Part shown: one piece after another, positions 9,300 through 18,044 of the stretch
How positions within the stretch are numbered: position 1 is the first letter of the stretch
Layout: the number at the start of each line of letters is the position of its first letter
Source of the DNA: Trueperaceae bacterium
GTDB lineage: Bacteria; Deinococcota; Deinococci; Deinococcales; Trueperaceae
Reading direction: 5' to 3'
NCBI GenBank assembly: GCA_034520945.1
Contig: JAXHNB010000001.1
Location: 288,001-352,000 of the forward strand
Length of the DNA: 64,000 nucleotides
Translations under genes and position numbers: made by a program
The notes under the pieces: generated by a model
What the model was told of the DNA's origin: nothing
The model's database searches: none
Seen by the model: only the letters and a program-made list of their open reading frames with translations

Positions 9300-11054
9300 A
9301 TGGACGGATGCACCTTCGCTCGCCTGCGCAGGTGGGGGATCGTGGCTGCGGCCGCGATCCTCGCCTTCGCGGGCGCCCAGTCGCCCCCGAACGTCGAGGC
9401 GGAGCTGGTCGTCGACGGCCTCACCTCCCCCGTGCAGCTGACCGCCCCACCGGATGACCCCCGCCGCTTCGTGGTCGAACAGACCGGTCAGATCCGCATC
9501 CTCCAGGAGGACGGCACCCTGGCGGACACCCCGTTCCTGGATCTCAGCGACCGCATCGTGACGTTGCGCGACGGCTTCGAGGAACGCGGCCTGTTGGGCC
9601 TGGCGTTCCACCCCGAATTCGCGGACAACGGACGGTTCTACGTGCACTACAGCGCGCCGCTCCGGGAGCGCGCGCCCGACGGCTGGGACCACACCGCCCG
9701 CATCAGCGAGTTCCGGGTGCCGGCCGACTCGCCCGAGGAGGCCGACCCGAACTCCGAACGCGTGCTACTCCGCGTCGATCATCCCAACCGCAAGACCAAC
9801 GCCGGCGCGCTGGCGTTCGGGCCCGACGGCTACCTCTACGCCGCGATCGGCGAGGGTGGCGGCGCGCACGGCATCGGCGAGGTCGCCTTCGGGGCGCTGG
9901 AAGTGCCCGAACGCGGCAACGTCTGGGACGCGCTGGCGCAGGACGTGCACACGCCCTACGGCAAGATCCTGCGATTGGACGTGGATCACGGTTGGCCCGG
10001 CTACGCCGTGCCTGAGTCCAACCCGTTCGTCGGCACGCCCGGGATGGACGAGATCTACGCCTGGGGGTTCCGCAACCACTACCGCATGGCGTTCGATCAC
10101 GAGGGTGACGGCGCGCTCTACGTCGCCGCCGTCAGCGAGTCGATCTCGGAAGCGGTGTATCGCGTCGATGGGCCCGGCAACTACGGTTGGCCCATCCGCG
10201 AGGGCACGCATTGTTACGACCGCCAGGCACCGCTCGATCCGCCCGAGGACTGTTCTCGCTATGGGCCCGAGGGGTGGCGCATTCACGATCCCGTGGTGGC
10301 GTACTACAACGTGAACGTCGCCGAGTCCGACATCGACGCCGAGCCGCGCGGCACCGCCGTGGTCGGGGCGCAGGTGTACCGCGGTGACGACATCCCCGAG
10401 CTGCGCGGACGCCTGCTCGTCGCCGACTACTCGCAGAACCCCCAGGAACCGAGCGGCACGGTGTTCGTGGCTGGGCCCGAGGGCGACGTGAGCGCGACCT
10501 GGCCGCTACGGCAGCTCGTGCAGGTCGACGCCCGCGCGCAAGGTCTGGGCGTGGACGTGGAGGGAGAGGCGTACCTGCTGACCCGTGAAGCGTTCGCCCC
10601 CAGCGGCGATACGGGACGCATCTACCGGCTCGTGCCAGCCAGCGACGACGGCGACGAGGCAGGAGCGGGCGCGTCCGATGGGCAGGACGCCGCCTCGGCC
10701 GACGCCGCCGCAGCGGGATTCTCGTTCACCGCCGCCCAGGCTGAGCAGGGCTCGAGCGTCTACGACGAGCAATGCCAGAGCTGCCACGCAGACGACCTTC
10801 GGGCGCAGGGGCCGTTCCCGCCCCTGACCGGTTCCGAATTCTTCGGCTCCTGGGAGGGCCGTCCCGTCAGCGAGATGTACGCCTTCATCCGAGGCAACAT
10901 GCCGCTGGGATCGGCCGGCTCGCTGTCCGATGAAGCGTATGCCGAGGTGATGGCCTACTGGTTGCAACGGCACGGCTACCAGGCCGGCGAGGCGCCCCTT
11001 CCTGGCGACCCCGCCGCCCTGCCGGAGGACGTACCGGTCGAGGACCGCCGTTGA
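9300..11054 (+). CDS. PQQ-dependent sugar dehydrogenase paralog with C-terminal cytochrome c domain
   Basis: Same GSDH motifs, then an Ala/Asp linker, a CQSCH heme motif and a distal NMP methionine. Confidence 0.85.
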   Translation: MDGCTFARLRRWGIVAAAAILAFAGAQSPPNVEAELVVDGLTSPVQLTAPPDDPRRFVVEQTGQIRILQEDGTLADTPFLDLSDRIVTLRDGFEERGLLGLAFHPEFADNGRFYVHYSAPLRERAPDGWDHTARISEFRVPADSPEEADPNSERVLLRVDHPNRKTNAGALAFGPDGYLYAAIGEGGGAHGIGEVAFGALEVPERGNVWDALAQDVHTPYGKILRLDVDHGWPGYAVPESNPFVGTPGMDEIYAWGFRNHYRMAFDHEGDGALYVAAVSESISEAVYRVDGPGNYGWPIREGTHCYDRQAPLDPPEDCSRYGPEGWRIHDPVVAYYNVNVAESDIDAEPRGTAVVGAQVYRGDDIPELRGRLLVADYSQNPQEPSGTVFVAGPEGDVSATWPLRQLVQVDARAQGLGVDVEGEAYLLTREAFAPSGDTGRIYRLVPASDDGDEAGAGASDGQDAASADAAAAGFSFTAAQAEQGSSVYDEQCQSCHADDLRAQGPFPPLTGSEFFGSWEGRPVSEMYAFIRGNMPLGSAGSLSDEAYAEVMAYWLQRHGYQAGEAPLPGDPAALPEDVPVEDRR

Positions 11055-11097
11055 CGCGCCTCGCGCGCCGGCCGTAAGGCCGGGCCGTAGGCGATGC

Positions 11098-11901
11098 CTA
11101 CGGCGTGTCCAGCACCGTCACGTCGTCCCCCACGCGCAGCGTCCCCACCCCGTCGTGCAGCAGGTTCTGCCCGAACAGGACGTTGCCGCCGCGCTTGCGG
11201 GTCCGGTTCAGCGTCCGCAGCGGTTCCGGCCCCGCCTCCAGCGTGTCGGGATGCAGGGTCGGGACCACGCAGCGTGCGCAGGGCTTGGCGACCCGGAACG
11301 CCACCTCGCCGATCCGGATTCGGGTCCAGCCGTCCTCCGCGTAGGGGGCCGCGCCCGACGCCACCAGGTTGGGGCGAAAGCGCACCATCTCCAGCGGCGC
11401 GTCCAGCTGGCGGTTCAGCTCGTCCAACGAGGCGCTGCCGATCAGGTGGAACGGATAGCCGTCCGCGAAGGCGACCCGGTCGTCCGCGTGGGCGTAGGCG
11501 GGGTCGACCCGGCGCGCGCCGTCCGGCGGGAAGACCACCAGTCGGTGCCCCTCGCCCAACACCCGGCCGATCCATTCGTCTGCGCTTCGGCCGCACGACC
11601 AGGCCGTCACGGGGTCGTTCCACACGGTCACGGCGACCTCGCGTGCCGGCGTGGGCGGGCGCGGCAGGTCCAAGTCCGGCAGGCCCGGCGCGGACAATCG
11701 CAGTTGCTCGGCATGAAGCGTGGGCGTGATGCGGCCCAGGCGGGGGTCCTCGCGTTGGCTGCGAAAGCGGCCGCGTCGGTCCACTACCATCCAGCGCCGG
11801 TCGTCCCGTAGGCCGGTGCGCACCACCTCCGCCGCGTTCAGCGGTACGGCGCGCCCCGACTTCAGCGGGTAGGCGTACAGGGCGCTCAGCCGCACCGTCA
11901 C
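11098..11901 (-). CDS. MOSC-domain molybdoprotein (YcbX/mARC-like)
   Basis: Contains YPLKSG, DRRWMVVD, FADGYP, RFRPNLV, PCARC and FGQN. Probable GTG start 5 nt after the pncB stop. Confidence 0.88.
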   Translation of the reverse strand: MTVRLSALYAYPLKSGRAVPLNAAEVVRTGLRDDRRWMVVDRRGRFRSQREDPRLGRITPTLHAEQLRLSAPGLPDLDLPRPPTPAREVAVTVWNDPVTAWSCGRSADEWIGRVLGEGHRLVVFPPDGARRVDPAYAHADDRVAFADGYPFHLIGSASLDELNRQLDAPLEMVRFRPNLVASGAAPYAEDGWTRIRIGEVAFRVAKPCARCVVPTLHPDTLEAGPEPLRTLNRTRKRGGNVLFGQNLLHDGVGTLRVGDDVTVLDTP

Positions 11902-11906
11902 CGCGT

Positions 11907-13475
11907 TCAGCCGGCCGACGCGGCTGCGTCGGCGTTGGTGCGCCGGACGGTCTCGTCGCGCAGGCGCGCCAGCGCGGGCGAGAGCGAGACGTGGTAGCGG
12001 TGCGGGCGCAGGATGCGGCGCACGCCGGGGTAGTGCCGCGCCAGGTCGTTGCGGCACCGCTCGCGCAGCGTCTCCAGCGGCGCCTCGGCCGCGGTGCGGG
12101 CGCCGTCCTGGAAAGCGGGGCTCAGCAACGGTTCGACATCGGAGACGTCGCTGCGCGCGAGGGTGCGGGTGGTGTCGACCTCGCGGGGGTGATGGGCCAC
12201 CAGGTCGTCGCCGCCGCGGCGGGGGTCCTCGCCTGCGAGGGTGACCAGGTCGACGGTGGCGTTTCCGAGGGCGTCGTACACGCGCCACACGCGCTTGTCG
12301 CCCGGCACCAGCGCCTTCGACGGCGTCTCGGACAGCTTGACGGCCGGCAGCCAGCCGTCATCGCCGCGGATCTGCACCAGCTTGTATACGCCGTCCAGGG
12401 CGGCGTCGCCTTCGGAGGTGATCAGGCGGGTCCCGACGCCGTACGCCAGGCGGGAGAGCAGCCGGCCCGCGTCGACGCCGTACGCGCTGGCCTCCTCCGT
12501 GATCTGCGTGCGGATCTGCCACAGGGTGAACTCGTCCAGCTCGTTGGACAGCACGATGGCGGCGTCCTCGAAGCCGGCGTCGTTCAGCTGGCGGGCCGAC
12601 TGGATCGCCAGGTGCGCCAGGTCGCCCGAGTCCAGCCGCACGCCGATGGGTTCGTGCCCCCGTTGGCGCAGGCGTTCGAAGGTCCGGATCGCGTTGGGGA
12701 TGCCGGAGTCGAGCGTGTCGACGGTATCGACCAGCAGTAGGCAGTCGTCTGGGAACGCCTCGGCGTAGGCGTCGAAGGCGCCGGCCTCGCCCATGCCGAG
12801 CGCCATGAACGCCTGCACCATCGAGTGCGCGTGCGTGCCGGCCGGGCGCGTGCCCAACGCGAACGCCAGGCCCGTGTTCGAGGTGGCGTCGGCCCCGCCG
12901 ATCAGGGCGGCGCGCGAGCCGGCGTGGACGCCGCGCTCGTGCCCGCGCCGCATGCCGAAGTCGATCACGGCGCCGCCGTGCGCCGCTTGCACCAGCCGCG
13001 CCGCCTTCGTCGCGATCAGGGTGGGGTAGTTGAGGTGGTTCAGCAGCGACGTCTCCAGCAGCTGCAGCCCCGCCAGCGGGCCCCGCACGATCGCGATGGG
13101 GGCGCCGGCGTGCACCACGCGCCCCTCCGGCACGGCGGTGACGGTGACGTCCGCCCCGGCGGGGCGGTCCTGCAGCCACGCCAGGAAGTCGTCGTCGAAC
13201 AGGCGCCGCCCGCTACGGCCCGTCACGGCGCGCAGATACGCCAGGTCGCGGCGTTCGAAGCGCGTCCCCTCCAGCCACTCCAGGAACCAGGCCAGCCCGG
13301 CCGTGACGGCGTAGCCGGCCTGATGCCCGCCGTAGTCCGGGTAGGAGCGGAAGAAGTACTCGAACTGGGCCGGGCGCTCGTGCATGCCCTTCCGGAAGTA
13401 CAGCTGGGCCATGGTGAGTTGGTACATGTCGGTGAACAGCGCGCCTTGCGCGGTCCGCCAGTCGGTCTCGTTCAT
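11907..13475 (-). CDS. pncB: Nicotinate phosphoribosyltransferase
   Basis: Contains LFTDMYQLTM, DFGMRR, GTHAHS, LLVDTVDT, VRLDSGDL and GVYKLV. Its start overlaps the nadD stop (ATGA). Confidence 0.93.
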   Translation of the reverse strand: MNETDWRTAQGALFTDMYQLTMAQLYFRKGMHERPAQFEYFFRSYPDYGGHQAGYAVTAGLAWFLEWLEGTRFERRDLAYLRAVTGRSGRRLFDDDFLAWLQDRPAGADVTVTAVPEGRVVHAGAPIAIVRGPLAGLQLLETSLLNHLNYPTLIATKAARLVQAAHGGAVIDFGMRRGHERGVHAGSRAALIGGADATSNTGLAFALGTRPAGTHAHSMVQAFMALGMGEAGAFDAYAEAFPDDCLLLVDTVDTLDSGIPNAIRTFERLRQRGHEPIGVRLDSGDLAHLAIQSARQLNDAGFEDAAIVLSNELDEFTLWQIRTQITEEASAYGVDAGRLLSRLAYGVGTRLITSEGDAALDGVYKLVQIRGDDGWLPAVKLSETPSKALVPGDKRVWRVYDALGNATVDLVTLAGEDPRRGGDDLVAHHPREVDTTRTLARSDVSDVEPLLSPAFQDGARTAAEAPLETLRERCRNDLARHYPGVRRILRPHRYHVSLSPALARLRDETVRRTNADAAASAG

Positions 13476-14068
13476 GATCCCTCCGGGGGGTCGTGGCGCG
13501 CGTACAGCCCGTGCGTGTGCAGGTAGGCCGCCACGGCGTCGGGCACGAGGTAGCGAAGGCTCCGGCCGGCCGCGACGCGGCTGCGGACCAGCGTGCCCGA
13601 CACGCCGAACGGCACGGTCTCGATCTTGGTCGCCGCCCGCGCGAACCGTTCGGGCGGGGGCGGCGCCTCCGTGCCGCGCCGGGGAAACACCACCATCTGG
13701 ACGGCTCGGATGAGCGCCTCGGCGCGGTGCCACGTCTCGATCTCGGCCCAGGCGTCGGCCCCGATCAGGTAGGCGAAGGTCGCTTCGGGGTGGCGTTCCT
13801 GCAGGTCCACCACCGTGTCGTACGCGTAGGACGGGCCGCTGCGCCGGATCTCGTCGGCGCGGGCGCGGAACGCCGGGTGGTCCTGTACCGCCAGGCGGGT
13901 CATCTCGAGCCGGTCGAGCGGCGAGGCGTCGGCGGGCTTGTGCGGCGGGTCGCCGGCCGGCAGGAACCACACCTCGTCCAACGGCAGTGCCTCGCGCGCC
14001 TGCTCCGCCATCAGCAGGTGTCCCATGTGCGGCGGGTCGAAGCGCCCCCCGAACAGCCCGACGCGCAT
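13472..14068 (-). CDS. nadD: Nicotinate-nucleotide adenylyltransferase
   Basis: Contains GLFGGRFDPPHMGH (HxGH), PPHK, GPSY, LIGAD and VSGTLVR. TGATG overlap with the nadE stop. Confidence 0.92.
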   Translation of the reverse strand: MRVGLFGGRFDPPHMGHLLMAEQAREALPLDEVWFLPAGDPPHKPADASPLDRLEMTRLAVQDHPAFRARADEIRRSGPSYAYDTVVDLQERHPEATFAYLIGADAWAEIETWHRAEALIRAVQMVVFPRRGTEAPPPPERFARAATKIETVPFGVSGTLVRSRVAAGRSLRYLVPDAVAAYLHTHGLYARHDPPEGS

Positions 14069-16217
14069 CAGGCGTCTCCGCCGGGCACGTCGGGGACGGC
14101 CGGCCCGCCGTCTCGCGTCGGCGCGCCCTCGAGGTCGCGCACGCGAGCACGGATGGCGCGGAACTGCCACGACCAGGAGGGATCGATCAGGAACGGCCGC
14201 AGGTCGAAGCGGTGGTCCTCCGGGGCGTACGCCTCGGCGTGATAGGCAGGCGTCGACACGGTGGTCTTGTGGCGGTGCGTGGCGTAGGCGCGGAAGAAGC
14301 GCTCGACCTTGTCGGCCACGCGTGAGGGGGGTGTGTCGGTCCAGGTCACGGCCAGGCGCTCGAACGCCTCCAGTGGGCCGTAGCGCTCGATCTTGCGGAG
14401 CCGGCCCAGCTCGCCGAGCTCGGCGTAGGTGAGGCCCATCTCGTCCTCGTCGCGCTGCGCCCCCTCGCCGTCCTCCGGGGTCAGCTCCGCGCTGGGGGCC
14501 GCGCCCAGAATGTCGTCCAGCGCCGTGTAGCCCAGCGTGTCGCGCGCCCATGCCAGGAAGCGCCGCAGATCCACCTTCGAGATGCCACCGATCGGGTTCA
14601 GGTCCGCGGACGAGGTGTCGTACTTGGTGAGGTAGCCCGTCAGGGTCTCGTCCACGTTGGCGGTGCCGACCACCAAGCGCGGGCCCCGCACGCCCCGCAG
14701 GCTGGGGACGCGCTGCGCCAGCAGGTAGGACGCCACCAGGCGGCTGCGGGCCTGCAGGTTCTGCAGCGCCAGGTCGTCCGCCCGGCTGCCCCCTTCGCTC
14801 CGGAAGCGGAGGGGGCGTCCGTGCCGGGAGGGGCGATGGTGCCCGACACGTCCGCCAGCGACGCGACGGCGTCGTCCAGCGTCACCTCCAGATGGTCCGC
14901 CCCGATCTGTTCGGCCAATGCGCGGGCCCGCGCGCGGCTGGCGTCGGTCGACACCTTCGTGGCCAGGTACGCGGTCGTGACCAGGCGTCCCGCCAGCGCG
15001 CGCGGATCGTCGGGGGGATCCTCCCCGGCCGCCAGGCCTAGGACCGCCCGCAGGTCATGGATCACACCGCGCCGGCCGGCGGCGACCTCGCGCGCCAGCA
15101 GGCGGCACATCGAGCCCAGGATCGTCGCCACCGCCGCCGAGTCGCTGCCCCCCGACAGCGCCAGGAAGAACCCGCCGGCCCCGCTGCGGCGCAGGTAGTC
15201 CCACAACCAGCAGGCGGGGCCAAGGGCGATCTCCTCCTCGACCCGGTGCGTGTGGAGCGCGCGGGGCGGGGTGGCGGCGCGGTGGCGGGCCGCGTCCACC
15301 AGGCGCAGGCCGGTCCGCACGCGCGGGTAGGGCTCGGCCATCGACGCTTGCCGCATGCGGGTGGCGCGCGCGCCGCGGAGCGAGCGCACCTGGTCCAGGT
15401 CCACCTCGGCAGTGATCACCTCGACGTCGCGCGGCGAGAACTGCGACCCTTGCGCCACCACGCCGCCGTTCACCACGATCATGGCGCCGCCGTCGAAGTA
15501 CAGGCGCCCCCCGTCGCAGCCCTGCTGGTTGGCGTACAGGTACACGCCGCCGAACCCTTCGGTGGCGGCGCGAATGCGGTGCAGCCGGGTCTCGAGCTTG
15601 CGGAGCTCGTGGTGCGACCCGCTGCCGTTCGCGAAGATCTCGACCCCGTCCAGCCCCAGATCGACGTGGGGGGCGTGGGGCGCGTACAGCTCTTCGCAAC
15701 TCTCAGAAGCGACCACCGTGTCGTCGGTGGACACCACCGCGTCGCCGATCGGGACGGTGTCCTGCCCGGTCCGCGCCCGGATGATGGGCGGCAGCGTGAA
15801 CGGCTCGGTGCGGCGCGCGTGCCGCCAGGCGGCGAACCAGCGGCCCTCGCGGTAGTTGCCGTCGTCCGCCAGCTCGCGTTTGGGGCGGACCAGCAGCACC
15901 CGGCGGTCCAACAGGAACACGCGGGCGTTGTAGCGCACCCCGCGGTGCATGAGCGGCATGCCCACGTCGCACAGGATGCCGTCGGTGAGATCGTCCGCCA
16001 GGAGCTCGGCCAGAACCTCGAACGAGTGCCGCACGGTGTCGCGCTCCAGGAAGTGGTCCTCGCAGCCGTAGCCGGGGATCTCGAGTTCCGGCCCCAGCCG
16101 GAAGCGCGCCCCGCGCGCCTTGGCCTCCTCGATCGAGGCGCGGATGCGGGTCAGGTTGCCGCCGAAGTCAAGCGCCCACTGGTCCAGGTTGCAGGTCGCG
16201 ACCGTCGCGACGTTCAC
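14068..16217 (-). CDS. nadE: Glutamine-dependent NAD+ synthetase (eukaryote-like), split by a 1-nt frameshift at ~14811-14815
   Basis: Nitrilase-like E-K-C triad (GPELE, RPKR, SCEE) and an LSGGSDS PP-loop. The C-terminal half is in a second frame (LALQNLQAR, GYLTKYDTSSAD); adding one base to the G5 run at 14811-14815 joins the frames. Confidence 0.9.
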
Positions 16218-16822
16218 GTGCCGCGCGGTTCGAAGCGAAGATCGGCCGCGCGCACCACCTGGCCCAGGTACAGGAAGGTGAGCTGCCGCAGGGTGGCGTG
16301 CAGGTCGAAGTCGCTCAACGCCGAGACGCCGTCCTCGACCAGCGCCACGTCGTACCACCGCAGCGCCGCGGAGGCGGCGGTGTGCTGCACGCAGATGTTG
16401 GCGACCGTGCCCAACACCACCACGTAGTGAACACCCCACACCCGCAGCTGGTGATCCAGTGGGGTGCCGTAGAAGCCGTCGTAGCGGGGCTTTTGCATCA
16501 CCGGCTCCTGCGGTTTGGGGGTGAGCTCCGGCACGATCTCGGCGCCCCACGAGCCGCGGACGGCGTGGCGGGGCCAGACGCGGAACTCCGGATCGTCCTG
16601 CTCGTGCCAGTCCTGGGTGTACGCCACACGGGCGCCGGCCTGGCGGGCGCGGTCCATCACGTCGCGGATCACGGGGACGGTGCTTGCTGCGCTGGGCACG
16701 TGCAGGGCGCCGCCCTCGGCCACGAAGTCGTTCTGCATGTCGACCGTGATCACCGCGGTGCGCTCCGCGGGCAGGCGCAGCCCGTCGCTACGGGGGATGT
16801 CGGGCACCTCGACGTGCGGCAT
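16214..16822 (-). CDS. pncA: Nicotinamidase (isochorismatase-family cysteine hydrolase)
   Basis: Contains VDMQNDF, TQDWH, WPRHAVRGSWGA, KPRYDGF and GTVANICV; GAGGAGG RBS; first gene of the NAD operon. Confidence 0.8.
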   Translation of the reverse strand: MPHVEVPDIPRSDGLRLPAERTAVITVDMQNDFVAEGGALHVPSAASTVPVIRDVMDRARQAGARVAYTQDWHEQDDPEFRVWPRHAVRGSWGAEIVPELTPKPQEPVMQKPRYDGFYGTPLDHQLRVWGVHYVVVLGTVANICVQHTAASAALRWYDVALVEDGVSALSDFDLHATLRQLTFLYLGQVVRAADLRFEPRGT

Positions 16823-16895
16823 GGAAACCTCCTCACACAAAGGGTTCGTTCATTCCCGTCAGGCTACCGCGCGACCGTCCTCCAGCGCGTTTCGC

Positions 16896-17282
16896 TCATC
16901 GCGGCGGCGTGGGCGGGTCGTCCTCGCCCTCGGGCGCGTCGAAGTCGCCGTCGGTGCGATCGTACTTCCCCTTCAGCTCGTCGATGCCGGTGCGTTCCCA
17001 TAGCGACACGCCGTCGTAGTAGGCGGCGCGGCCCAGCACGTGGGCGGCCACCGGCGCCGTCAGCAGCAGGAACAGGAATACCAGCAGCGCCTTGGTGGTG
17101 GTCGCGGTGGCGCCGAACAGTACGGCGGTGGCGGCCAGGATCAGGCCCGCCCCCAGCGTGCCGGCCTTGGTGGTGGCGTGCATGCGCATGAACAGGTCGG
17201 GGAAGCGGACGGCGCCCAGCGCGGAGACCAGCACGAAGAAGGTCCCGAGCACGAGAAGCAGGATGGCCAATGCCTCAGTCAC
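16896..17282 (-). CDS. mrpG: Mrp subunit G
   Basis: Contains RFPDLFMRMHATTKAGTLG and LLTAPVAAH; operon position. Confidence 0.92.
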   Translation of the reverse strand: MTEALAILLLVLGTFFVLVSALGAVRFPDLFMRMHATTKAGTLGAGLILAATAVLFGATATTTKALLVFLFLLLTAPVAAHVLGRAAYYDGVSLWERTGIDELKGKYDRTDGDFDAPEGEDDPPTPPR

Positions 17283-17574
17283 GGTCGGACCTCTGTCGCT
17301 CGATGAAGCGCGCGAACGCGATCGTGCCCAGGAAGGAGATAAGCGCCAGCGCGATGGCGGCGTCCAACAGCACGGCGGTCCGCGTGGCGATGGCGACCAG
17401 GGCGATGACCGACACCGCCATCAGGCCGATCATGTCCAGCGCCATCACGCGGTCGGGCAGGCTGGGACCGCGGATCACGCGGTAGAGGGCCAGCGCGATC
17501 GACACCGCGACGCCCGTCAACGCCAGGTAGGCCGTCACGTCCAGCAGGGCGAAGGACGGGTCGAACAGGATCAC
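17275..17574 (-). CDS. mrpF: Mrp subunit F
   Basis: Contains RVIRGPSLPDRVMALD and FLGTIAFARF. Confidence 0.92.
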   Translation of the reverse strand: MILFDPSFALLDVTAYLALTGVAVSIALALYRVIRGPSLPDRVMALDMIGLMAVSVIALVAIATRTAVLLDAAIALALISFLGTIAFARFIERQRSDRD

Positions 17575-18044
17575 CGGAACACCTCCAGGATGCGGCGTTC
17601 GAAGCTCGACTTGATGTCACGCACCAACCGCTCCGGGTCGTCCGCGAACATGGCGTGTACGTAGAGGCAGCTCTTGTCCGCGGCCACGTCGATCGAGAGG
17701 GTGCCGGGCGTGAGCGAGATCAGGTTGGCCAGCAGCGTGATCTGCGCGTCGGTGGTCAGGTCCAGCGGGACCGCGATCACGGCCGGCTGAGCACGCAGGC
17801 GCGGGCGGAGCACGTCCACCGCGACGCGCACGCTGGACAGGGCCAACTCGCGCAGGAAGAACAGGAACAGGCCCACGACCCGCACGAAGCGCACGGCGTA
17901 GCGCCGGTCGCCCAGCGCCCCGCCGACGAAGTGCAGGACCACCATGCCGACCCCGAAGCCGATCACGAGGTTCACCTCGGACAGCGATCCGGTGGCGAAC
18001 GCCCACATGAACGCCAGCACCAGGTTCAGGCCGAACAGGCTCAT
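17571..18044 (-). CDS. mrpE: Mrp subunit E
   Basis: Contains LLANLISLTPGTL and LYVHAM; ATGA overlap with the mrpD stop. Confidence 0.92.
   Translation of the reverse strand: MSLFGLNLVLAFMWAFATGSLSEVNLVIGFGVGMVVLHFVGGALGDRRYAVRFVRVVGLFLFFLRELALSSVRVAVDVLRPRLRAQPAVIAVPLDLTTDAQITLLANLISLTPGTLSIDVAADKSCLYVHAMFADDPERLVRDIKSSFERRILEVFR

Noticed and set aside
14790..14830. Programmed ribosomal frameshift in nadE
   Set aside because: There is no X_XXY_YYZ slippery heptamer with an A/U run. A lone G5/C5 run, with similar indels elsewhere in the unit, points to a sequencing error.
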